From contig WFYK01000182.1 of assembly GCA_015490105.1 (NCBI GenBank), forward strand, positions 1-32,129: a DNA stretch of 32,129 bases, given 5' to 3'. This DNA comes from Aquificaceae bacterium. GTDB lineage: Bacteria; Aquificota; Aquificia; Aquificales; Aquificaceae. The notes beneath the pieces were generated by a model that had not been told where the DNA came from, ran no database searches, and saw only the letters and a program-made list of their open reading frames with translations. Positions within the stretch are counted from its first letter, which is position 1. Each line of letters opens with the position of its first letter. A program made the translations under genes and the position numbers. Shown here piece after piece: positions 8,702-17,422 of this stretch.

Positions 8702-9255
8702 GACACTTGCCCAATTTAGTTTCCCTTTTAAGGCTATTACTTTCTCCCCTTGTGCCTTTTACGGTTTCCACGGATTTGGTTTGGGAAGGATTGCTTATAT
8801 TTGCCCTTCTTTCCCTGAGCGATGCTCTCGATGGATTCTTGGCAAGGCGTTTGAAAGCTCAAACCACACTCGGAAAGTTCTTAGACCCCTTAGCGGACAA
8901 AGTTCTTATGTTTAACTCTCTCTTGGCCCTTCTGATGATCGACAAGGGGCCTTCCACCTTGATACTTTTCAAAACAGCACTCGTAAGGGACATATTCCTC
9001 ATCATAGGAACGTTAGCCCTCAGAAAGTATAACTTCGTTCCGGAACCCTCCTTCTTCGGCAAGGTGTCTACCTTTCTCTTGTCTGTTACTATTTGTGTGT
9101 CTTTAGGAACTTCCCTTTACACCTCTCAGGTTTTGGAGGTATTGTCCTTAGTGCTTAAGGGAGGGTCGGTTATACTCTTGGTAGTATCGGGTGTAGATTA
9201 TCTTGTAAAGGCTCTTTCATTTATTCAGAACAGACCTGCGGTGGATAGAAAATGA
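8698..9255 (+). CDS. pgsA: CDP-alcohol phosphatidyltransferase (PgsA-like)
   Basis: LPNLVSLLR and the DALDGFLARR..TTLGKFLDPLADK signature. Confidence 0.85.
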   Translation: MRHLPNLVSLLRLLLSPLVPFTVSTDLVWEGLLIFALLSLSDALDGFLARRLKAQTTLGKFLDPLADKVLMFNSLLALLMIDKGPSTLILFKTALVRDIFLIIGTLALRKYNFVPEPSFFGKVSTFLLSVTICVSLGTSLYTSQVLEVLSLVLKGGSVILLVVSGVDYLVKALSFIQNRPAVDRK

Positions 9256-10874
9256 GGTTTTCGGGAAAGAGGTGGGAGGTTCTGAGTGATTTTTTAAAAC
9301 CGTCTCAAGATTTAGTGCGGAGGTTCGGGCACGTAATAGCCCAGCTTTTGACAAACAGAGGGGCTACAGAAGATCCGGACAGATTTTTGGACCTTAAGCT
9401 CAAAAACGTAGTGTCTTCAGACGAGATACCAAACCTTCGGGAGGGAGCCTACAGGATAGCGGAAGCGGTAAAGAAAGGAAAGCGAATAGTTTTATTTGGA
9501 GACTACGACGCGGACGGGATAACGGGAACGGCTATCTTGTTTATGACACTGAAGTCCGCAGGTGCGAGGGTTTATCCGGTCCTCCCTAAAAGGAACAACG
9601 GCTACGGCCTTTCCAAGGATCTGATCAGGCAGTTTTCCCGCTACGGGGATCTACTCGTTACAGTGGATAACGGGACCTCCGCGGTTGAGGAGATCGACAG
9701 CTCAAGTATTGAAACAGTCGTGATAGACCACCACAACGCTCCCCAAAGTCTCCCCAGCAGGGCTGTTGTAGTAAATCCGAAGATCCTCGAAAGGGACTCC
9801 GAAGCTAAAGCTTTATCCTCCGCAGGAATGAGCTTTTATGTGAGCGTTCTTTTAAGAGAGTTTCTCGGCTTGGATTTGGATCCGAGGGTGTTTTTGGATC
9901 TCGTAGCTTTGGGAACAGTTGCGGACGTTATGCCCATGAACCTGACCAACAGAATACTCGTTTCGAAGGGTATAAATCTTCTCCAAGTCACCTCCAGACC
10001 GGGACTGAAGGAACTCCTGAGAGTTTGCAATCTATCTTCAGAAATAGCTACTGAAGACATTGCTTTCTTTATAGCGCCGAGGATCAACGCACCGGGCAGG
10101 ATAGGAAGTCCGGATCTTGCCTTCAAACTCTTGACCGCCAGATCCTACGAAGAGGCTAAAAGGCTCGCCTTTAGAATAGAAGACCTAAACGACTACAGGA
10201 AGAAACTAACCAACGCTATCTTAGAAAAAGCCCTCAAGCTTGCCCAAGCTCTTAAGGACAAAAACTTCATAACCCTCTGGGACAAAAGGTGGCATCCGGG
10301 AGTTATAGGTATAGTTGCGGGGAGGCTATCGAGCTTACTTGAAAGGCCCGTTGCCATCTTCTCTCAAGGAAAACTGACCTCGGTAGGTTCTGTGAGATCC
10401 GTGGAAGGTCTTGACGTTTATGAGGGTTTGAGGTCTTTCTCCCACATGTTTATAAAGTGGGGCGGACACTCGCAGGCTGCAGGTCTCACTTTAGAAACCC
10501 GTCTTCTCGGTAGCTTCTCAGACGCTATGGACGAATATTTTAAGGGCAGAACCCCTGCCAAACAGCCTCTGCAGATAGATATGGAACTTCCCGTAGATGA
10601 AATTAACCCTGCTTTGGAGAAGGATCTTAAAAAGCTCTCCCCCTTCGGGGAGAAAAACCCTTATCCCACGTTCCTTTCCGAAGAGCTGAACCTGAGTGAC
10701 TTTGCTTTTAGCAAGAGACTTATAAAGGTGAAGGGTAAAAACTTCAAAGTGGATTGGGAACTTGCGGATTTTATAAGAAAATCTCGGAAAGTTAAGCTGG
10801 TTTACCGCTTTAAGGAAAAGTATTGGGAAATTTTAGACGCGGAGAGAACGGATGGCTTCGGGGAAAACCCATGA
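9252..10874 (+). CDS. recJ: Single-stranded DNA exonuclease RecJ
   Basis: GDYDADG, TVDNG, DHH, ALGTVADVMP, PRINAPGR, GGHSQAAG and PFGEKNPYP motifs. Confidence 0.95.
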   Translation: MRFSGKRWEVLSDFLKPSQDLVRRFGHVIAQLLTNRGATEDPDRFLDLKLKNVVSSDEIPNLREGAYRIAEAVKKGKRIVLFGDYDADGITGTAILFMTLKSAGARVYPVLPKRNNGYGLSKDLIRQFSRYGDLLVTVDNGTSAVEEIDSSSIETVVIDHHNAPQSLPSRAVVVNPKILERDSEAKALSSAGMSFYVSVLLREFLGLDLDPRVFLDLVALGTVADVMPMNLTNRILVSKGINLLQVTSRPGLKELLRVCNLSSEIATEDIAFFIAPRINAPGRIGSPDLAFKLLTARSYEEAKRLAFRIEDLNDYRKKLTNAILEKALKLAQALKDKNFITLWDKRWHPGVIGIVAGRLSSLLERPVAIFSQGKLTSVGSVRSVEGLDVYEGLRSFSHMFIKWGGHSQAAGLTLETRLLGSFSDAMDEYFKGRTPAKQPLQIDMELPVDEINPALEKDLKKLSPFGEKNPYPTFLSEELNLSDFAFSKRLIKVKGKNFKVDWELADFIRKSRKVKLVYRFKEKYWEILDAERTDGFGENP

Positions 10875-11346
10875 GATCGTGAACCTCGTCGCTCTCGCTC
10901 CTATGCTTTACTTCGTTCCTTCAGAATACACTCTCTACTTTGCAGGAGGCTACGTAGCCGGGACCTTTCTTCTTTCACCTGACATCGACCTTCCCCATTC
11001 AAGATCCTCCAAAAGGTGGAAGATCCTAAGGTGTTTTTGGTTTCCCTATCAGGCCCTTTTTTCCCACAGGGGCCTATCCCACGTCCCTGTATTGGGAACC
11101 TTCACGAGAATCTTGTATTTGGTTTTCATACTAATCTTTCTTTACTTTGCTCTCATAGGTATCCTCAGCTTTTGGAACAGGGAAGTTGCCTCTTCTTTGG
11201 CCTCTTTAGACATTCAAGCCCTTCTGAAGGACGTGCTTTCGGGGGAGGAGGCTCTATACGTTGTGCTGGGCATAATATGTGCGGACATAATGCATATAGT
11301 TTTGGATTGGATCAGCTCTTTCTTTAAGAGGATTGCAAAATGGTAG
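10852..11346 (+). CDS. DUF2227-family putative metal-binding membrane protein
   Basis: SGKTH, LSPDID, SHRGLSH and HIVLD motifs with hydrophobic segments. Confidence 0.8.
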   Translation: MASGKTHEIVNLVALAPMLYFVPSEYTLYFAGGYVAGTFLLSPDIDLPHSRSSKRWKILRCFWFPYQALFSHRGLSHVPVLGTFTRILYLVFILIFLYFALIGILSFWNREVASSLASLDIQALLKDVLSGEEALYVVLGIICADIMHIVLDWISSFFKRIAKW

Positions 11347-11416
11347 GCGGGACGGGACTTGAACCCGTGACCTCCGCCTTGTAAGGGCGGCGCTCTCCCA
11401 ACTGAGCTACCCGCCT
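11341..11416 (-). tRNA. tRNA-Val (anticodon TAC)
   Basis: Reverse complement AGGCGGGTAGCTCAGTTGGGAGAGCGCCGCCCT-TAC-AAGGCGGAGGTCACGGGTTCAAGTCCCGTCCCGCCTACCA folds as a 76-nt cloverleaf with encoded CCA. Confidence 0.97.
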
Positions 11417-11427
11417 TTCCTTTAAGG

Positions 11428-11437
11428 ATTATAAACT
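11428..11437. promoter_or_regulatory. Putative divergent -10 elements for tRNA-Val (-) and guaA (+)
   Basis: TATAAT on the minus strand (11433-11428) is 11 nt before the tRNA. TAAACT on the plus strand (11432-11437) is 8 nt before the guaA ATG. Confidence 0.5.
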
Positions 11438-11445
11438 ATTACCCC

Positions 11446-12978
11446 ATGGAAAAGAGAGGTATAGTGGTCATAAACTTCGGATCCCAGTATGTTCAACTCA
11501 TTGCAAGAAGGGTAAGAGAGGTCGGGGTCTTCAGTGAGATACTTCACTGGGACACACCGATTGAGGAAATAAAAAAGAAAAACCCTTACGGGATCATATT
11601 TTCGGGCGGTCCCGCCTCCGTATATTCGGAAGGAGCCCCCCTTCCCGACAGAAGGATCTACGACTTAGGTATACCCATTCTCGGCATATGTTACGGACTT
11701 CAGGTTATAACCCACCAACTTGGCGGAAAGGTTTGGAAAGCGGAAAAGCAAGAGTTCGGAAGGTCAACCCTTGAGGTTTTAAAAGAGGATCCCCTCTTTG
11801 AAGGCATACCCAAAACATTCGACGTTTGGATGAGCCATGCGGATAAAGTAGTTGATCTTCCCCGAGGCTTTAAAAATCTTGCAACTTCCGAAAACTCCCC
11901 CTATGCGGTTATAGTAAACGATCAAAAGAAGATATACGGCCTTCAGTTTCATCCTGAGGTGGTTCACACCCAATACGGAACCAAAATTATTGAAAACTTT
12001 GTGAAAAACATCTGCAAAGCTCCCCAAAACTGGAAGATGGGGGACTTTATAGAGGATAAGATAGAGGAGATAAGAAAGGTTGTCGGAAGATCAAAGGTTA
12101 TTGCAGCTCTGTCGGGAGGAGTTGACTCTACGGTCGCTTCCGTTCTGGTCCACAGGGCTATAGGAGATCAGCTAAGGTGCTTTTTTATAGACCACGGCCT
12201 TTTAAGAGAAGGAGAGAGAGAGGAGGTTGAAAGAAACCTAAGATCTCTGGGTCTCCCTTTGAAGGTGGTAGATGCGGGTCAAATCTTCTTAGAAAGATTG
12301 AAAGGAGTGGAGGACCCGGAGGAGAAGAGGAGGATCATCGGAAGGACCTTCATAGAGGTTTTTGAAAGGGAAGCAAAGAATGTGGAGGGAGCGGAGTTTC
12401 TACTTCAAGGAACCTTATATCCGGATGTAGTCGAGAGTGCCGGCATAAAGGGAAGTGCAAAGATAAAGACCCATCACAACGTGGGAGGCCTTCCCGAGAA
12501 GATGAACCTCAAGCTATTAGAACCCTTTAGAGAGCTTTTCAAAGATGAGGTGAGGGAGATAGGCAGAATCTTGGGAGTGCCCGAAGAGATTCTAAAGAGG
12601 CACCCCTTCCCCGGACCAGGACTTGCGGTGAGGATATTGGGTGAGGTAAATCCAGAGGATCTGAAGCTACTGAGAAAAGCGGACAAGATATTCATAGAAG
12701 AACTCAAAAAGGAAGGCTTATACGACAAGGTTTGGCAGGCTTTTGCGGTTTTGCTTCCTATCAGATCCGTGGGTGTTATGGGTGATGTAAGAACCTACGG
12801 GCGCGTGATTGCCTTGAGAGCGGTCGAAAGCGTAGACGGGATGACCGCGGACTGGGCAAGGTTGCCTCAGGATTTCTTAGATAAAGTAGCCAGAAGAATA
12901 ACCAACGAAGTGAGGGGTATCAGCAGGGTAGTCTACGACATATCCTCCAAGCCTCCCTCCACCATAGAGTGGGAGTGA
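11446..12978 (+). CDS. guaA: GMP synthase (glutamine-hydrolysing)
   Basis: [41 protein letters not shown] and C-terminal KPPSTIEWE. Confidence 0.98.
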   Translation: MEKRGIVVINFGSQYVQLIARRVREVGVFSEILHWDTPIEEIKKKNPYGIIFSGGPASVYSEGAPLPDRRIYDLGIPILGICYGLQVITHQLGGKVWKAEKQEFGRSTLEVLKEDPLFEGIPKTFDVWMSHADKVVDLPRGFKNLATSENSPYAVIVNDQKKIYGLQFHPEVVHTQYGTKIIENFVKNICKAPQNWKMGDFIEDKIEEIRKVVGRSKVIAALSGGVDSTVASVLVHRAIGDQLRCFFIDHGLLREGEREEVERNLRSLGLPLKVVDAGQIFLERLKGVEDPEEKRRIIGRTFIEVFEREAKNVEGAEFLLQGTLYPDVVESAGIKGSAKIKTHHNVGGLPEKMNLKLLEPFRELFKDEVREIGRILGVPEEILKRHPFPGPGLAVRILGEVNPEDLKLLRKADKIFIEELKKEGLYDKVWQAFAVLLPIRSVGVMGDVRTYGRVIALRAVESVDGMTADWARLPQDFLDKVARRITNEVRGISRVVYDISSKPPSTIEWE

Positions 12979-12981
12979 ATC

Positions 12982-13539
12982 TCACTTGGGAGGACACTTG
13001 GGAGAAAGTTTTCTGTCTTTGAACCTCAAAGACCACTCTATAGCCTCTTTTACCGCTTGATTCTTTTCCTCTTCGGAAAGATCTACTTTGTAGGTCAGCT
13101 CCATACCCTGTGAAAGGATCCAAGGGTCTTCCCCTATCTTCCCTTTGTTTAGGTTATATATGGCAGGCCAGTAGAGGGAGTTTCCGTAAACCCTATCGGA
13201 GATATCCCATAGAGTATCACACCACCTGACCTTTACGGTGGCGTAAGCAGGCTTTTCTTCTTCAGCTTGCTTTTGAGGTGCGGGTGTTTCGAGTGCGGTT
13301 TCTCTCATCCTCTGCTTTTCTTCAAGTTTTGCCTTTGCGTTGTTGAGAATGTTTCTTACTTCTGAAAGGATGGTTTTCGCTTCCTTGAGGTTCTCCTTGG
13401 CTTGAGCTATGTTTTGTTTGGGTTCTTTCGTTTCTTCCTTTACCTCTTCGAGCAAGGTTTTGCTTGCACAAGATTGACCCGTGATTACGAAAGCGGAAAG
13501 ACCTATAACGGGCACGAGCGCTATCAAAGCCCTTTTCAT
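12982..13539 (-). CDS. Lipoprotein with coiled coil and LysM peptidoglycan-binding domain
   Basis: Signal peptide ending GQSC, heptad coiled coil, then LysM-like VKVRWCDTLWDISDRVYGNSLYWPAIYNLN..DPWILSQGMEL. SD GGAGGT. Confidence 0.8.
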   Translation of the reverse strand: MKRALIALVPVIGLSAFVITGQSCASKTLLEEVKEETKEPKQNIAQAKENLKEAKTILSEVRNILNNAKAKLEEKQRMRETALETPAPQKQAEEEKPAYATVKVRWCDTLWDISDRVYGNSLYWPAIYNLNKGKIGEDPWILSQGMELTYKVDLSEEEKNQAVKEAIEWSLRFKDRKLSPKCPPK

Positions 13540-13557
13540 TTCCTGACCTCCCGCTTT

Positions 13558-13773
13558 TTAGAAGGACTCTACCTTCGCTTTTATTTCTTCCGCGAGCTTC
13601 TTAAGTTCTTGTGCTTCCTTCTTAACTTGTTCTGTCTCTTCCTTTACCTGAGCGGTTTCCTTTTTAAGGGCTTCTACCTCCTTCCTTAAAGCTTCCACTT
13701 CCGACTTGGACGCACAGGAAAAAGACAGAAAACCTACCGCTACCACTCCCGTGAGAGCTATCAGTTTTTTCAT
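13558..13773 (-). CDS. Small coiled-coil lipoprotein (Lpp/OprI-like architecture)
   Basis: Lipobox LSFSC, followed by a 52-aa mature chain made almost entirely of heptads (EVEALRK-EVEALKK-ETAQVKE-ETEQVKK-EAQELKK). Strong SD GGAGGT. Confidence 0.75.
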   Translation of the reverse strand: MKKLIALTGVVAVGFLSFSCASKSEVEALRKEVEALKKETAQVKEETEQVKKEAQELKKLAEEIKAKVESF

Positions 13774-13824
13774 TCCTGCTGACCTCCCTTCTTATCAAAT
13801 CGCCACTTTATAATAACATTTTCA

Positions 13825-15495
13825 ATGCCCAAGAGAAAGGACATTAAAAGAATCCTAATCATCGGATCGGGTCCCATAGTGATAGGTCAGGCCGCGGAGT
13901 TCGATTACTCGGGCACGCAGGCCTGTAAAGCCCTAAAGCAAGAAGGTTATGAGGTTGTTCTGGTCAACTCGAACCCCGCAACCATAATGACTGACCCGGA
14001 AGTCGCGGACAGAACCTACATAGAACCCCTCACCGCGGATGTAATAGAGGAAATAATAAAAAAAGAGAGACCCGACGCCTTACTTCCCACCCTCGGCGGT
14101 CAGACCGCCTTGAACCTTGCGGTAGAACTATACGAGAGCGGGGTTTTAGATCGATACGGGGTTGAAATGATAGGAGCATCTTACGAAGCTATCAAGAAAG
14201 GGGAAGATAGGGATCTCTTCCGCGAAGCCATGAAGAACATAAACCTTAAGGTCCCCGAAAGTGCGGTCGTTTCTTCCGAAGAGGAGGGGATGAAAGCGGT
14301 TCAAAAGATAGGATTTCCCGTAATCCTTAGACCTGCCTTTACCTTGGGAGGGACGGGTGGATCCATAGCTTACAACGTGGAAGAGTTTAGGGAAAAGCTT
14401 CAGATAGCTTTGAAAACCTCTCCCATACATCAGGTTCTCATAGATAAATCCCTCATCGGCTGGAAGGAATTCGAGTTTGAGGTAATAAGAGACAAGGCGG
14501 ACAACGTGATAATCGTGTGTTCGATAGAGAACTTCGACCCTATGGGGGTCCACACGGGGGACTCTATCACGGTTGCACCCGCTCAAACCTTGACGGACAA
14601 AGAATATCAGATGCTCAGGGATGCCTCCATTGCCATTATCAGAGAAATCGGCGTGGATACGGGTGGATCTAACATTCAATTCGCGGTAAATCCCGAAAAC
14701 GGGGACTTTTACGTTATAGAGATGAACCCGCGGGTTTCAAGGTCTTCCGCTCTGGCCTCCAAAGCTACGGGCTTTCCCATAGCCAAAGTTGCCGCGAAGC
14801 TCGCGGTTGGCTACACCTTGGACGAGCTAAAGAACGATATAACACGCTTTACACCCGCTTCTTTTGAACCCTCCATCGACTACGTGGTTGTTAAGATACC
14901 GAGGTTCGACTTTAAGAAGTTCCCCGGTGCGGATACTACCCTCACGACGATGATGAAATCGGTGGGAGAAGTAATGGCTATAGGTAGAACCTTCAAAGAA
15001 GCCCTCTTGAAAGCTATAAGGAGTTTGGAGCTTGACAGATACGGGTTGGCCTTCCCGAAATTGGACGTGAGCGATGCGGACCTCATAAGGGGTCTTAGGG
15101 TTCCTAACGAAGACAGACTCTGGTATATAGCGGAGGCTTTCAGAAGGGGTATGTCCATAGACGAGGTATACGAATACACCAAGATCGACAGATGGTTTCT
15201 ATTTAACATCCTTGAGATAGTCCAATATGAAGAGGTCCTTAAGGAAGAAGATCTCACGGAAGAGGTATTAAGGAGAGCAAAGGAAATGGGATATTCCGAC
15301 AGAGAGATAGCTAAGATCAGAGGCATTCAAGAGGAGGAGGTGAGGGCCCTAAGGGAAAGATACGGTATAAAGCCTGCTTTTAAAGGTGTTGATACATGTG
15401 CGGGAGAGTTTGTAGCCTACACGCCCTATTATTACTCCTCTTACGAGAGACCCTTTTTCAAGATCGGGGGAGAAATCTTATTGGATGAAGATTGA
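13825..15495 (+). CDS. carB: Carbamoyl-phosphate synthase large subunit, N-terminal half (split CarB)
   Basis: [25 protein letters not shown] and [18 protein letters not shown]. The protein ends just after DTCAGEF..YYSSYE, the midpoint of full-length CarB. Confidence 0.96.
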   Translation: MPKRKDIKRILIIGSGPIVIGQAAEFDYSGTQACKALKQEGYEVVLVNSNPATIMTDPEVADRTYIEPLTADVIEEIIKKERPDALLPTLGGQTALNLAVELYESGVLDRYGVEMIGASYEAIKKGEDRDLFREAMKNINLKVPESAVVSSEEEGMKAVQKIGFPVILRPAFTLGGTGGSIAYNVEEFREKLQIALKTSPIHQVLIDKSLIGWKEFEFEVIRDKADNVIIVCSIENFDPMGVHTGDSITVAPAQTLTDKEYQMLRDASIAIIREIGVDTGGSNIQFAVNPENGDFYVIEMNPRVSRSSALASKATGFPIAKVAAKLAVGYTLDELKNDITRFTPASFEPSIDYVVVKIPRFDFKKFPGADTTLTTMMKSVGEVMAIGRTFKEALLKAIRSLELDRYGLAFPKLDVSDADLIRGLRVPNEDRLWYIAEAFRRGMSIDEVYEYTKIDRWFLFNILEIVQYEEVLKEEDLTEEVLRRAKEMGYSDREIAKIRGIQEEEVRALRERYGIKPAFKGVDTCAGEFVAYTPYYYSSYERPFFKIGGEILLDED

Positions 15496-15498
15496 AAG

Positions 15499-16800
15499 AT
15501 GGCTGGAAACAGGGTAGTTATAGTCGGAAGACCCAATGTGGGAAAGTCTACCCTCTTTAACAGGGTTATAAAAAGGAGGAAGGCAATAGTTGAAGATGTG
15601 CCAGGAGTGACCCGCGATTCGGTGGAGGCATTAGCGGAGTGGGGCGGAAAGGAGTTTCTCATAGTAGACACGGGAGGTCTAATAACTGAGTCTTCCGACG
15701 AGATACTCAGCAAGGTAAGGAAAGTAATAGAGAGGGAGATAAACAGGGCGGATGTGATTCTCTTTGTGGTAGATGCCAGATCGGGGATAACCCCCTTGGA
15801 TGAGGAGATAGCGAATCTCCTTATGCCTTTAAAAGACAGGGTTCTTCTTGTAGTTAACAAAGCGGACACCGACAGGGAGGAGGAGGCATCCCTGGAGTTC
15901 TACGCTCTCGGCTTTGAAAAGCTGTTTCCTGTCTCCGCGCTTCACGGTAGGGGCGTTGGAGATCTTCTCGATGAAGTGGTCAAGAGGATCGAAAGCCCGA
16001 AGGCACAGATCTCATACGAAGGAACGAAGATTTCCTTCGTGGGAAGACCTAACGTGGGGAAGTCTACCCTCGTGAACGCTCTCTTAAAGGAGGAGCGGGT
16101 GATCGTCTCACCCGTTGCGGGCACGACCAGGGATGCGGTGGAAGTTCCCTTCTCTTGGAAGGGAGAAAACTTCGTCCTTATAGATACCGCAGGGGTGAGG
16201 AGGCCTTCTAAGGTAGAGTTTGGGATTGAGTTCTTCGCAGTGGGGAGAACCATTAAAGCTATAGAGCTCAGCGATGTAGTTTGTCTCGTTTTGGACGCTT
16301 CGGAGGGAGTAACGCGCCAAGATAAGCGCTTAGGAGGTCTAATAGAAAGACGCTACAGGGCGTGCGTTATAGTCTGGAACAAGGTAGATTTGAGTCCGTG
16401 GACAGAAGAGGAGCTTACCGCTATAGCGAGGAAGGAGTTATTTTTCTTAGACTTTGCTCCGGTGGTCTTTACCGTTGCAACGCGTGGGGAAGGCTTAGAA
16501 GATCTTATGAATGAAGTAAACCAAGCTTACGCGGACTTTACCCGCCAGCACAAGACCTCTTACGTAAACAGGGCGGTTCAGAGGATCTTCAAGGAAAAGC
16601 CCCATCCTACGAAGAAGGGAAGGGAGGTGAAGGTATACTACGCCTTTCAAGAAGGGATAAAGCCTCCCACCGTGGTAATAATTACCAACGATCCGGAGTG
16701 GAAGGAAAGTTATAAGAGATTCTTCATAAAGAGGCTCAGGCAAGAGCTCAAAATAAACAAAGCTCCTCTGAAACTTATCCTCAGGGGGAGAGAAGGTTAA
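15499..16800 (+). CDS. der: Ribosome biogenesis GTPase Der (EngA)
   Basis: Two GRPNVGKS G-domains with DTGG/DTAG and NKAD/NKVD, plus a KH-like C-terminus. Confidence 0.97.
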   Translation: MAGNRVVIVGRPNVGKSTLFNRVIKRRKAIVEDVPGVTRDSVEALAEWGGKEFLIVDTGGLITESSDEILSKVRKVIEREINRADVILFVVDARSGITPLDEEIANLLMPLKDRVLLVVNKADTDREEEASLEFYALGFEKLFPVSALHGRGVGDLLDEVVKRIESPKAQISYEGTKISFVGRPNVGKSTLVNALLKEERVIVSPVAGTTRDAVEVPFSWKGENFVLIDTAGVRRPSKVEFGIEFFAVGRTIKAIELSDVVCLVLDASEGVTRQDKRLGGLIERRYRACVIVWNKVDLSPWTEEELTAIARKELFFLDFAPVVFTVATRGEGLEDLMNEVNQAYADFTRQHKTSYVNRAVQRIFKEKPHPTKKGREVKVYYAFQEGIKPPTVVIITNDPEWKESYKRFFIKRLRQELKINKAPLKLILRGREG

Positions 16801-17422
16801 CCTTAAGATCTTTCAAACTACCGCTCAGCCTAACTTTGCCAAGATTACCGCTAAAAGTGGCTTCAACTCTGCTGTTTGCAAGATCCTGCCAATCCAGTTT
16901 TATTCTGCCTCCTCCTTCAAGATCCTGGCCCGCAAACAAAATCCTGCCCTTAAAGGTCTCTCCCTTGAAGGTTAAAGAGACCCTTTCTATCTTTCCCATT
17001 TCGGTGTTTATCCCTTCAAGGGTTATCTTACCCTCAAGACCTTTTTCTTTGAACTTTAGCTTTCCGCTTATCTTAGACAGATCTTTCAAGCAGGAAAATT
17101 CCTTGAAACTTACACTCTTGGAGAGAAGGTTTACCTTGATCCTACCTTTACCGCAGGTCACATCAGCTGAAGGAGGTAAAAGGTGAAGTTTGAAACTGTC
17201 AAACCTTCCAACCTCTTTTCCTCTGAAGTTAACGCTACCCTTAAAGAGGTTTACGGAAAACAGACCCTCTTTGGCACCGTTGGCTAAAACATAGATCTCC
17301 TTCTTTTGGAGAAACTCGTAGAGCATAACGGTTTTAGGGATACTTACGAAAACACTAAAGACAACACCGAATATTAAAAGGGTCAAGCTGAGGATCAAAT
17401 CAGAAATAGAAATCTTCTTCAT
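16781..17422 (-). CDS. Membrane-anchored beta-rich hypothetical protein, possibly type II secretion GspN-like
   Basis: Single N-terminal TM segment followed by alternating beta-strand patterns. It overlaps the gspD stop. The GspN assignment is inferred from context and architecture only. Confidence 0.6.
   Translation of the reverse strand: MKKISISDLILSLTLLIFGVVFSVFVSIPKTVMLYEFLQKKEIYVLANGAKEGLFSVNLFKGSVNFRGKEVGRFDSFKLHLLPPSADVTCGKGRIKVNLLSKSVSFKEFSCLKDLSKISGKLKFKEKGLEGKITLEGINTEMGKIERVSLTFKGETFKGRILFAGQDLEGGGRIKLDWQDLANSRVEATFSGNLGKVRLSGSLKDLKVNLLSP

Noticed and set aside
13580-13705. Degenerate 21-bp periodicity as a DNA repeat or CRISPR
   Set aside because: Explained by the coiled-coil heptads of the lipoprotein. 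There are no identical repeats with spacers.
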